Below, one piece after another: positions 1 through 8,557 of a stretch of DNA of 64,000 bases. Made by a program: the position numbers and the translations under genes. The notes under the pieces are model-generated. The model saw nothing but the letters and a program-made list of their open reading frames with translations. It had not been told where the DNA came from and did not search any database. This stretch comes from a virus. Each line of letters starts with the position of its first letter. Position 1 is the stretch's first letter. Location of the stretch: the IMG/VR virus record IMGVR_UViG_3300029319_007985, positions 96,001 through 160,000 of that record. The stretch is one strand, 5' to 3'.

Positions 1-2
1 GT

Positions 3-485
3 CAAGGCTTCCATATCGAGACCATTGACAAGAATGAATTTACCGCAAGAGTGGCTACGATATTGATTGAAGAGAAGGTTGAGCAGGACATCGATACATT
101 AGACACTTATGTAAAAGCAACTTATCCAGATCTTAGAAAATGTATAAACATGGTGCAGATGAACACACGTGATGGCAAACTAGTCCCGCCAGCAAAAGGT
201 GACTCTCATCAGCAAGACTACAGATTAAAAATGGTCGAACTCTTCAAAGCAGGAAAAATTAATGAAGCAAGAAAACTGGTATGTGCCCAGGCAAGACCAG
301 AAGAGTGCGAAGAGATATACAGATGGTTGTATGATAATCTTGATATAATTTCAACGGACGAAGACTCTCAAGACAAAGCAATACTAATAATCAAACAAGG
401 ACTAGTTGATCATTCATTTGTTGCAGATCCAGAAATAAATCTAGCAAGTGTTATGATTAAACTGGCCAGACTGCAAAGTGCATGA
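3..485 (+). CDS. Clamp loader ATPase subunit (gp44/RFC small subunit-like), 5'-truncated by window
   Basis: Frame is open from base 3 (QGFHIETIDKNEFTARVATIL). It has sensor-2-like YPDLRKCINMVQ and a C-terminal ADPEINL collar motif. Confidence 0.8.
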   Translation, partial: QGFHIETIDKNEFTARVATILIEEKVEQDIDTLDTYVKATYPDLRKCINMVQMNTRDGKLVPPAKGDSHQQDYRLKMVELFKAGKINEARKLVCAQARPEECEEIYRWLYDNLDIISTDEDSQDKAILIIKQGLVDHSFVADPEINLASVMIKLARLQSA

Positions 486-592
486 TAAAAAAATTAATTA
501 GATTCCTGGACAATTTACCTTTAATAAAAGCACCGGCATACTTTTTAGCCGCGGTTGGCGTTGTACTTGTAATCTTGACAATGGTGTTATGA
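482..592 (+). CDS. Small hydrophobic protein, 36 aa (not in ORF track)
   Basis: MIKKLIRFLDNLPLIKAPAYFLAAVGVVLVILTMVL; ATGA overlaps at both ends. Confidence 0.55.
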   Translation: MIKKLIRFLDNLPLIKAPAYFLAAVGVVLVILTMVL

Positions 593-843
593 AGATACGA
601 TACTACAAAAACATAGATGGATGGAGATGGCTGGGTTTCCTTTTGGCCATGATCGGTGCATTCATATTATCAAACGCCAATGTTGATACACAATGGATGG
701 GTTGGGCCATAGCAACATGCAGTTGTTCAATTTGGATATACATGGGGATCAAAGATAAAGACACGCCGAGGGCGTTGATGGAACTAATGTATCTGTTATT
801 GGCAGTGCGGGCAATTTGGAATTGGTTGGGCAATGGGTACTAA
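589..843 (+). CDS. Small membrane protein (about 3 TM)
   Basis: Hydrophobic helices; overlaps neighbouring genes. Confidence 0.7.
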   Translation: MKIRYYKNIDGWRWLGFLLAMIGAFILSNANVDTQWMGWAIATCSCSIWIYMGIKDKDTPRALMELMYLLLAVRAIWNWLGNGY

Positions 844-1099
844 ACACAATAAAAAAAGATATCTAGTTGTAAAATATAAGGCTAAACCGGATAAAAAATT
901 TGACGAATTAGTTGAGATGTCTAAGAAAAAAATTGGCGCAGGAAAAATGGCCGAAGCCGCAATAGTTTTAGATTTACAAAATCAAAAAGTGTTAAAGTGC
1001 AACCTACCTGGGGTAGATGAAAATATAGAATACGGAAAAGTTTATGCGCATTTCCAAAAATATTATGGAGATGCTATTTCTGAATTCATGAAGAGTTAG
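833..1099 (+). CDS. Hypothetical protein
   Basis: ORF in operon context. Confidence 0.7.
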   Translation: MGTKHNKKRYLVVKYKAKPDKKFDELVEMSKKKIGAGKMAEAAIVLDLQNQKVLKCNLPGVDENIEYGKVYAHFQKYYGDAISEFMKS

Positions 1100-1101
1100 A
1101 T

Positions 1102-1329
1102 CTAAAAATAATTACTATACCTATATTTCAACATTGCCAATCTTTTTGCCTTCCATATTTTTGTCAACACTCTCCTTCTACGCCTATCTTTTTGTTTTCT
1201 TATTCTTAACCAATTTTCGTTCAACATATATAATCGGATCCTTTTGTCGTAGACCCTTTTTTTCTTCATCATTCTCCAAAGTTTCCTCTGAAACAATGGC
1301 CGCATTTGTAGGCTGTTATAAAATAGCAT
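1102..1329 (-). CDS. Small highly basic hypothetical protein
   Basis: Arg/Lys-rich; AAGGA SD-like sequence upstream and a TAAATA late-promoter-like site near 1392-1397 on the minus strand. Confidence 0.5.
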   Translation of the reverse strand: MLFYNSLQMRPLFQRKLWRMMKKKRVYDKRIRLYMLNENWLRIRKQKDRRRRRVLTKIWKAKRLAMLKYRYSNYF

Positions 1330-1461
1330 AAGATTTCCTTTGATTTTTTTGGTGATAATTTTTGTCTTTATTTCGAGACATTTGATAAAAGTATTTACAG
1401 GGCAACATGCGGAGTAATAATAGCATAATTGCCGCTAGGCATTTTTGAACTAAATATAATC

Positions 1462-1914
1462 ATGCATGATGTTTTAGACATAATCCGTAATGTACAGTCG
1501 TTATACGCAATATCGCCTAGTCTAGGAATATTAAAAGATTTCGAAAGAGTCATAGATGAACTGGACGTGTATGTTTTTAAAAATTGGGAAAATGGAGAAT
1601 TATTAGAAGGCCCTATAGATAGTAGACATTTTGTCACCTGTAGTTTCATGTGGCCTGAAGATCAAATGCCAGACCCTAGCGGTGGAAAAAGATTACTTGA
1701 TAGGGGTTGTAAAGTAACCTATAAAAAAGACATCCTATTCAAACCAAGACCTATAAAGAAGCCTGACGATTATAGACCAGGAACCGTAAAAGGTAAAATT
1801 GACGGACATGACATATGGGTAGTAGAAATACGTATGCCAAAAGAACTTATTGCCAATTTCAAGTACAGCACAAAAGGCCAAGAAGCCACCCAAGAAGAAA
1901 GTGAAGAAATCTAG
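1462..1914 (+). CDS. Hypothetical phage protein (start likely ATG 1462)
   Basis: TAAATA at 1451-1456, 5 nt before the ATG. Confidence 0.7.
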   Translation: MHDVLDIIRNVQSLYAISPSLGILKDFERVIDELDVYVFKNWENGELLEGPIDSRHFVTCSFMWPEDQMPDPSGGKRLLDRGCKVTYKKDILFKPRPIKKPDDYRPGTVKGKIDGHDIWVVEIRMPKELIANFKYSTKGQEATQEESEEI

Positions 1915-2652
1915 ATGAATATACAAGAAGGATTGAAAGCAGGTGATCTAGAAGGGATAGTTGAAAAACAATTTACAGTAGATCAATTTAAAAGCAAAAT
2001 GGGAGAAGACAAAGATGTTTGTGTTTTATCTTTTACTTGCAACAGTCAAAATGGAGCAAAAGATTTAGAGTCGTTTGCGGAAAAAGGATACAAAACAATA
2101 CTAGATGCTGACGCTACTCCAGGCACAATGGAGGACGGAAAATATAAAGTTTTTATAGAATTTCCTAGAGATGAAAAATTGGCCCCTGCTATAACAGAAT
2201 TTTTGAATGATCTCAAAAAATTAACAAACATAGAAAATTTTACGTATACCTATCATAAAGGATCTGTGCCAGTCGATGCTATAGGAGAAAATTTAATGGC
2301 ATTGCCTAATTCTGCTGATTCTTATACACAAAAAATACAGGGTCTAAGAATGGGCGAAACAAGAAAATTTTTTGATAAATTTGACATGATGGAAATGAAA
2401 CTGGAAGAAAACATCATGAGCATCAAAAAAAATGGGCAACATGAAACTTTGAAATTTGAAATACACAATTTTGGGTCAACAGATTCAATAATAAAAGAGA
2501 CCAAGTCATTCATGATTGATTCCAATTCAATGGCCGAAGTCATGCATCTTACCAAATACTTTGGACCTTACGATATTACCAAGACAAATGAAAACAAATT
2601 CATTTTCAGCAACGCTGGGGAGTCTGCGGTATTAAGTAAGTACAAATGGTAA
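1915..2652 (+). CDS. Hypothetical phage protein
   Basis: 245 aa ORF abutting its neighbours. Confidence 0.75.
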   Translation: MNIQEGLKAGDLEGIVEKQFTVDQFKSKMGEDKDVCVLSFTCNSQNGAKDLESFAEKGYKTILDADATPGTMEDGKYKVFIEFPRDEKLAPAITEFLNDLKKLTNIENFTYTYHKGSVPVDAIGENLMALPNSADSYTQKIQGLRMGETRKFFDKFDMMEMKLEENIMSIKKNGQHETLKFEIHNFGSTDSIIKETKSFMIDSNSMAEVMHLTKYFGPYDITKTNENKFIFSNAGESAVLSKYKW

Positions 2653-3110
2653 GATTATCAAAGAACTTTACTTTACAAGAATTTACAAAAAGCCAAACAG
2701 CAATCAGGCAAGGCATAGACAATACTCCCGGTGATGTACATCTAAACAATGCAAAAGTGCTCTTTGAGAAAGTTGTGCAACCTGTAAGAAATAATTTTGG
2801 AGTCACTGTTATCAATTCAGGCTATAGAGGCCCTGCCTTGAATGAGGCGGTAGGTGGTTCAAGCAATTCACAACACTGCAAAGGTGAAGCAGTAGATATA
2901 GAATGTCCAGGAACTAGCAACTATGATGTGGCAAGTTGGATAGCAGAAAATTTAGATTTCGACCAACTGATATTAGAATTTTACACTCCAGGCATACCCG
3001 ATTCTGGCTGGGTACACGTTTCATACAAGGCAGAAGGAAATAGAAAATCTATACTTACAGCAATGAAAGAAAACGGAAAGACAGTATACAAGCCTGGTCT
3101 TATAGAATAA
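2646..3110 (+). CDS. Peptidase M15A family Zn peptidase, probable endolysin
   Basis: SGYR...N..VGG...SQH..G.AVDI and WVHVSY motifs; lies near the spanins. Confidence 0.85.
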   Translation: MVRLSKNFTLQEFTKSQTAIRQGIDNTPGDVHLNNAKVLFEKVVQPVRNNFGVTVINSGYRGPALNEAVGGSSNSQHCKGEAVDIECPGTSNYDVASWIAENLDFDQLILEFYTPGIPDSGWVHVSYKAEGNRKSILTAMKENGKTVYKPGLIE

Positions 3111-3978
3111 TTCTTTTATCCCATTTTCTAGCAAAACATAAACGATTAACTTTTGTGCCTCTTTCGTATTCAGGATATCTATTATTCTTATCAAGTCCAA
3201 ATATCACGCAAGACGACGTATCCAAGCCTAATTTTTTGCACTCATCCGATTGCATTTTTTTATATTTGTCATAAAGCCAATTATTTTTGAATTTCTTAAT
3301 GAGTTCGTGCCCAATGTGAATACTTTGTAAATTTATGTAATTGTTTTCATTGTATGCAAACAAAGTATCATCGTAAAAATTTTGTCTAAAACGAATGCCT
3401 ATTCTGTTATGTTCTACAGGAAACACCTTGCTTAACGATGTGCATATTACCTCAATACACTTATATTCCAAATTAAGTTCTTGTATATTTGATATGTTTA
3501 TGTAAGCCATATCCAGCATTACCGGAACCTGCAATGCCTCGCATCTGTCGAGTATTGAATAAAAATTTTCAGGTATATTGCCTGTGTTTGAGAATGGACA
3601 ACTCATTACTACAACATCTCCCTTGGCTATGTCATTATGATCAAGAACTAAAACATTGTTGAAATAATTGCGGGCCACAAGCCAATGAAAAAAATATTCA
3701 CCTTTCAATAATCTTAATCTTTTGTCTAAGTGGCCTAAATAAAAATGCATGAAAGTTTCTGTGGTACCAGCACTGAAATCAACGTGCTTATAATTTTCGA
3801 GGCCCGAAAATTTTTTTCCTTCTTGGATCCAGTCCTTATACTCTGTTAAAAACTTTCTACGATCCCCTTGCTTAGTGTGTATATTCTTTATAAAATTTAC
3901 AGATTCAATGTCATGAATACTCCATGCTCCACCGTACTTTTTATCACGTAATGGGGATAAAACTTTTTGTTGTTCCAT
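3100..3978 (-). CDS. PLP-dependent aminotransferase-like (fold I) protein
   Basis: LDMAY and SLSKVFP...RIGIR motifs; minus-strand TAAATA 6 nt before ATG 3978. Confidence 0.65.
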   Translation of the reverse strand: MEQQKVLSPLRDKKYGGAWSIHDIESVNFIKNIHTKQGDRRKFLTEYKDWIQEGKKFSGLENYKHVDFSAGTTETFMHFYLGHLDKRLRLLKGEYFFHWLVARNYFNNVLVLDHNDIAKGDVVVMSCPFSNTGNIPENFYSILDRCEALQVPVMLDMAYINISNIQELNLEYKCIEVICTSLSKVFPVEHNRIGIRFRQNFYDDTLFAYNENNYINLQSIHIGHELIKKFKNNWLYDKYKKMQSDECKKLGLDTSSCVIFGLDKNNRYPEYERGTKVNRLCFARKWDKRIIL

Positions 3979-4019
3979 GAACAATATTTAATTCATAATA
4001 TACGCCGATAAATATTATC

Positions 4020-4496
4020 ATGATATTTGGAAAAATTAAGATGCTAATAACAGTCCTTATGATTACTGGACTGGCAGGAGCAGGCATGTATGTGATGAAA
4101 CTAAGATCCGACAATGCTGTTTTGAAAGCAAATCAAGTAAAACTGGAAACTGCAATCTCAGAACAAACAAAAGTCCTTGAACAACAGAAAAAAGATTTTC
4201 AAGCAATAATGGAGAGCAATAAAAAACTTAATTTGCTAGTAGGCACATTCAAAAAAGACCTAGATGATCTTGATAAAAGATTTACTAAAAAGAATAGAGA
4301 CATAGGAAAACTTTCAATCAAAAGGACAGAGTCAATGGAAAGAATCATTAACAAAGGTGGCAAGAACGCGGCTAGATGTATTGAGTTGGCATCAGGTGCA
4401 GAACACACCGAAGAAGAATTGAAGGCCACCCTGAAGTCACAAATTAATCCTGAGTGCCCTGCACTTGCAAATCCAAACTTTGTACACTATGAATAA
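4020..4496 (+). CDS. Putative inner-membrane spanin (Rz-like)
   Basis: N-terminal TM, long coiled coil, C-terminal Cys residues; followed by a lipoprotein gene. Confidence 0.65.
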   Translation: MIFGKIKMLITVLMITGLAGAGMYVMKLRSDNAVLKANQVKLETAISEQTKVLEQQKKDFQAIMESNKKLNLLVGTFKKDLDDLDKRFTKKNRDIGKLSIKRTESMERIINKGGKNAARCIELASGAEHTEEELKATLKSQINPECPALANPNFVHYE

Positions 4497-4851
4497 AATT
4501 TTAGCAATATTATCTATACTTTTACTGACCGGTTGTAGCATCGGTGGGGAGAAAAAGATTAAGATATTCTCAGTTGAAAAGCCGAGAGAAAAATTAGACT
4601 ACCCTATGCCTACTCCTCTGCAGATGGAACAGATAAAATGGATCATAATAACAAGTGAAAATGCCGAAGAAGTATTCAAGAAACTTGAAGAGGCCGGAAT
4701 AGATCCTGTGCTGTTTGGCATCACTGACAAAGACTTCCAAGTGTTAGCAAGAAATTTCGCTCAGATTAGACAAAAATTACAAGAGACGAATAATCTATTG
4801 CAGGAATATAAAAAATACTATGAAGGAGAAAATGGCAACAAGAGTAATTGA
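4489..4851 (+). CDS. Putative outer-membrane spanin lipoprotein (Rz1-like)
   Basis: Signal peptide MNKILAILSILLLTG-C (lipobox) from ATG 4489, then a Pro-containing segment. Confidence 0.65.
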   Translation: MNKILAILSILLLTGCSIGGEKKIKIFSVEKPREKLDYPMPTPLQMEQIKWIIITSENAEEVFKKLEEAGIDPVLFGITDKDFQVLARNFAQIRQKLQETNNLLQEYKKYYEGENGNKSN

Positions 4852-5578
4852 TGATGTCATTTCTTCAAGCCAAAGACAACAAATCTGCAACTGGCTAGAC
4901 CAAAAAGACCAATATCTTGACGTTAGACCAGATGTCACCTCAAAGACGCCAAAGTTTGATGACAAAGACTGGCCACGGGCCACTATCAAAAATGCATTGG
5001 ACCATGTGCTAGACAAAGCATATAAAGTCGAAGAAGTAATATTTTTTAAGGCAAAGGGTGCGTTTAGATTACACGTGGACAGTGCCAACGGTGAAGACAA
5101 CCTTTACAAGGTCATAATATTTCCCTTAAAAATTTCAGGCCCATCATCTACTGTTATTTTTGACAACCACTGGTATGGTCCCAGCGGTAAGTTTAGCAAG
5201 AAAGAAATTCCACAATATGAGTATACATTGAACCTTGGAACAGAAAAAATATATATTCCCGATATGAGAGAATACAAAACCAATGATTCAAAAATTAGGG
5301 CATTGCTGGACGAACTTATAGAAAAAAGAAAAAAGGTAGACGGAAGACACTACGATTACAGTAAGATAAAAAACCTTAATAATAAACCATTCGATAAAAA
5401 TATACACAAAAAATACATGGATCACATTCCATATGAAAACCTTCACGGTCTCACTGTTGAAAAAATAGTGGATTGGCAGGAAGGTTCTGCCTTTACTTTT
5501 GACCGAACACAGATACACTGCGGCACCAACACCCATAATGAAAAGGTGTTTTGTACCGTGTTTACTTTTTTAGCATAG
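4820..5578 (+). CDS. 2OG-Fe(II) oxygenase-like (DSBH) protein
   Basis: HxD motif (LHVDS) and a distal His (FDRTQIHC). Confidence 0.55.
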   Translation: MKEKMATRVIDDVISSSQRQQICNWLDQKDQYLDVRPDVTSKTPKFDDKDWPRATIKNALDHVLDKAYKVEEVIFFKAKGAFRLHVDSANGEDNLYKVIIFPLKISGPSSTVIFDNHWYGPSGKFSKKEIPQYEYTLNLGTEKIYIPDMREYKTNDSKIRALLDELIEKRKKVDGRHYDYSKIKNLNNKPFDKNIHKKYMDHIPYENLHGLTVEKIVDWQEGSAFTFDRTQIHCGTNTHNEKVFCTVFTFLA

Positions 5579-5614
5579 TATATTTGCTAAATACTCCTAT
5601 ATAATAAGGAACTT

Positions 5615-6205
5615 ATGGAATTTATAGTAGCACTAGCAACAAAATTTTGGCAATGGACCGTACTGATAGCAGTTGTAATAATTGGCGCAATTATCAACTT
5701 CACAGACAAAAGAAAGAAAACAAAACTTAAATTTTCTTACACAGAACTGCCACATTTGAAACCAATAAAAATTGCTACCAAGGGCAAAGGTTTTTGGAAA
5801 GGTATAGTGATGTGGTTGCTATCAACACGTAATTGGCAAATTACAAAAGACTGGCACTACACAATAGACGGGATAGATTATGTGATTCCAGCAGGATTTA
5901 CTTTTGATGGTGCAAGTATTCCTAAATTTTTAAGAACATTCTTTTCTCCGGTTGGTGTTTTACTTGTCGGCGGACTTGTGCATGATTATGCATACAAGTA
6001 TCAAACACTTTTATGTAAAAACAAAAAATCTACAATGGGTATTATAAGCCAAGCAAGAGCAGATCAAATATTCAGAGATATAAACATTAATGTAAATGGA
6101 TTTTATGTTATGAATTATCTATCATACTATTCACTAAGGATAGGTGGCTTTGTGGCATGGAATGGTCACAGAAAAAGAAATAGCAAGATAGAAGGCGTAG
6201 AATAA
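5615..6205 (+). CDS. DUF1353-like protein with N-terminal TM
   Basis: IPAGFTFDGASIP...VHDYAY...ADQIF motifs. Confidence 0.75.
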   Translation: MEFIVALATKFWQWTVLIAVVIIGAIINFTDKRKKTKLKFSYTELPHLKPIKIATKGKGFWKGIVMWLLSTRNWQITKDWHYTIDGIDYVIPAGFTFDGASIPKFLRTFFSPVGVLLVGGLVHDYAYKYQTLLCKNKKSTMGIISQARADQIFRDININVNGFYVMNYLSYYSLRIGGFVAWNGHRKRNSKIEGVE

Positions 6206-6540
6206 TGGCCGAGTTGAAAGAAGATAAATTAGTAGTTCCAGCAGACAAAAACCAAGCAAGTAAAAAAGTAAAACTTGAACTAGAAGTAGACTCAAGTGCA
6301 AAAGATCTTGGTCCTAATCCATATGCAAAACTTATACATCTGGCAAGAGCCGTTGATGCTTGGAGAATATTTCCAAGATTATTCTTAACAGTTTACATAG
6401 TTCTACTATACAAGTGTGTCATTTGGTACATGAACTTACCAAGTCCTACAATGGAACAATCAGGATTAATTAGTATTGTGGTAGGTGCCGGGGCGGCATG
6501 GTTCGGATTGTACACTGGATCTAGCAAAAAAATCAAATAA
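6205..6540 (+). CDS. Two-TM membrane protein, possible holin
   Basis: Two hydrophobic helices, basic C-terminus, lysis-gene neighbourhood. Confidence 0.45.
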   Translation: MAELKEDKLVVPADKNQASKKVKLELEVDSSAKDLGPNPYAKLIHLARAVDAWRIFPRLFLTVYIVLLYKCVIWYMNLPSPTMEQSGLISIVVGAGAAWFGLYTGSSKKIK

Positions 6541-6542
6541 CA

Positions 6543-6570
6543 TTGACAGATTTCCAATCTGTAGTAAAAT
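6543..6570 (+). promoter_or_regulatory. Sigma70-like promoter upstream of dnaJ
   Basis: TTGACA-N16-TAAAAT; ATG 6 nt downstream. Confidence 0.6.
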
Positions 6571-6576
6571 AAATTA

Positions 6577-7428
6577 ATGAAAGACTATTATAAAATTCTT
6601 GGGGTATCCGAGGATGCATCTGCGGATGAAATAAAAAAAGCATTTAGGAAACTGGCCGTAAAGCATCACCCTGACCGAGGTGGAAATGAATTAAAATTTA
6701 AAGAGGCCAACGAAGCATACGATACCCTTAAAAACAAAAGTAAAAGACAAGAATACGATACACTGAGAAAGTATGGTAGTAACTTTGGCGGACAAGGTTC
6801 TGGTTTCCGATTCACATCAGGAAACTTTGATGAATTTTTTGGAGGTGATTTCTTTGAAGAATTTATGAGTGGCATGGGTGGAATGGGACGTAGACCTAAT
6901 TACAGGGCAAGGCCAAGAAACAATAAAGATGTTTCAATAAGGATTAATCTTAGTATTAAAGAAGTGATGCAAAGTGTTAAAAGAACAATAAGTGTAAAAC
7001 TGCCTAGTGGTCGAGATGAGATAGTAGATGTGAAGATAGGAGCAGGAGTGCAAAGTGGAGTTGTGTTCAAATATGCTGGACTGGGTGATGACACTGATAA
7101 AAATTTGCCAAGAGGAAATTTATTGATCCGAGTAACAGTGTTAGATTCTGATGGCTTTACACGAAAAGGAAATGATTTATGGACGGACAAAAGGATAGAT
7201 GCTTTTCAGGCCATGAGAGGTTGTGAATTTACTATACGTGATTTACAGGACAATGTTGTAAAGGTACATGTGCCTGCTGGTACTCAACCAGGAAGTGTTT
7301 TACAATTAAAAAGCAAAGGAATGCCGGTCCATGAGACTTTGTCGATACGTGGTAACATGTATATCAAAATACATGTCACTATACCTAAACTTAATGAATC
7401 AGAATTAAATAAAATAAAAGACTTATGA
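6577..7428 (+). CDS. dnaJ: DnaJ-class co-chaperone (J domain plus C-terminal domain, no Zn finger)
   Basis: DYYKILGV...HHPDRGG...[10 protein letters not shown]-rich linker, DnaJ_C motifs. Confidence 0.92.
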   Translation: MKDYYKILGVSEDASADEIKKAFRKLAVKHHPDRGGNELKFKEANEAYDTLKNKSKRQEYDTLRKYGSNFGGQGSGFRFTSGNFDEFFGGDFFEEFMSGMGGMGRRPNYRARPRNNKDVSIRINLSIKEVMQSVKRTISVKLPSGRDEIVDVKIGAGVQSGVVFKYAGLGDDTDKNLPRGNLLIRVTVLDSDGFTRKGNDLWTDKRIDAFQAMRGCEFTIRDLQDNVVKVHVPAGTQPGSVLQLKSKGMPVHETLSIRGNMYIKIHVTIPKLNESELNKIKDL

Positions 7429-8039
7429 AAACTCCAGTAAACTTTTCAGATAAAGTGGCATATAGAATTACAATGTTCTTAAGGTGGACAGCAGACACCT
7501 TTTTCAAGAAGAGGTATGGACACAGAGCAGTTGTATTAGAGACCATTGCTGGTGTGCCTGGTATGGTCGCAGGTATGTGGAATCATTTAAGAAGTTTACG
7601 TAAAATGAAGCCAGATGACCGAGGGTGGATCAAAACTTTATTAGCAGAAGCAGAAAATGAACGTATGCATCTAATGATTTTTATTAGAATTGCAAAACCT
7701 AATTGGTTTGAACGTTGGATGATTATCACAGCGCAATTTATTTTCTGGCACTTCTATATGTTCTTATACATATTTTTTCCGCAATGCGCCCATAGGATGG
7801 TAGGTTATTTTGAAGAACAAGCCTGTATAAGTTACACAGAATATCTTAAAGAAATAGATGAAGGTAGGACAGAAAATATAAAGGCACCCAAAATTGCTAT
7901 TGATTATTACAACCTAAGTCAAGATGCAACATTACGTGATGTTGTCATAGCAGTACGAAAGGATGAAGAAGGACACAGAGATGTAAATCACGACATGGCA
8001 GATCAAATAAGAAGGAATAGGCACGGACTTATACATTAA
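7425..8039 (+). CDS. aox: Alternative oxidase (ubiquinol oxidase, di-iron)
   Basis: [28 protein letters not shown] and [10 protein letters not shown] motifs. Confidence 0.92.
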   Translation: MKTPVNFSDKVAYRITMFLRWTADTFFKKRYGHRAVVLETIAGVPGMVAGMWNHLRSLRKMKPDDRGWIKTLLAEAENERMHLMIFIRIAKPNWFERWMIITAQFIFWHFYMFLYIFFPQCAHRMVGYFEEQACISYTEYLKEIDEGRTENIKAPKIAIDYYNLSQDATLRDVVIAVRKDEEGHRDVNHDMADQIRRNRHGLIH

Positions 8040-8053
8040 TGTTTAAATAGATT

Positions 8054-8557
8054 ATGATGCAAATTTTTATAAATCCATATCACACTCTTAACACTGTCAG
8101 CACTGATGTGGATCTTGAACAAGGTATTCAAGGTTATAGCGACATAGAAAGATTTGAAAAAGATATGATCAATCTTATGGTTGCATCCAAAGGTATTGGA
8201 TTGGCCGCAAACCAACTAGGCATTACCAAGCGATTTTTCTGTATTGGCTATGAATCATTTGACGTTTTTAAAAAACCTGTTATACTATGGAATCCATTGA
8301 TAGTTAGAAGTTCTGAAGAAACTGTCGAGGATGTTGAAGGTTGTTTAAGTTTTCCAGGCGTATGGTTAAAAGTTAGACGACCAAAAAAAGTCACTGTAAG
8401 ATGGCAGAATGTTAAAGGAGAAATTTGTATGCAACATTTAGATAATTTGGAAAGTAAATGTTTTCAGCATGAACTAGACCATATAGATGGCATAACATTT
8501 GACAAACGGGTCTCAAAATTAAAATGGGACATGGCTAAGAAGAAAGCAAAAAAATGA
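8054..8557 (+). CDS. def: Peptide deformylase
   Basis: GIGLAANQ, EGCLS and QHELDH motifs. Confidence 0.95.
   Translation: MMQIFINPYHTLNTVSTDVDLEQGIQGYSDIERFEKDMINLMVASKGIGLAANQLGITKRFFCIGYESFDVFKKPVILWNPLIVRSSEETVEDVEGCLSFPGVWLKVRRPKKVTVRWQNVKGEICMQHLDNLESKCFQHELDHIDGITFDKRVSKLKWDMAKKKAKK

Noticed and set aside
7425-8039. Cyanophage-type PTOX
   Set aside because: The motif context (AGVPGM, NERMHL) is AOX-type, and no photosynthesis genes are in the window.
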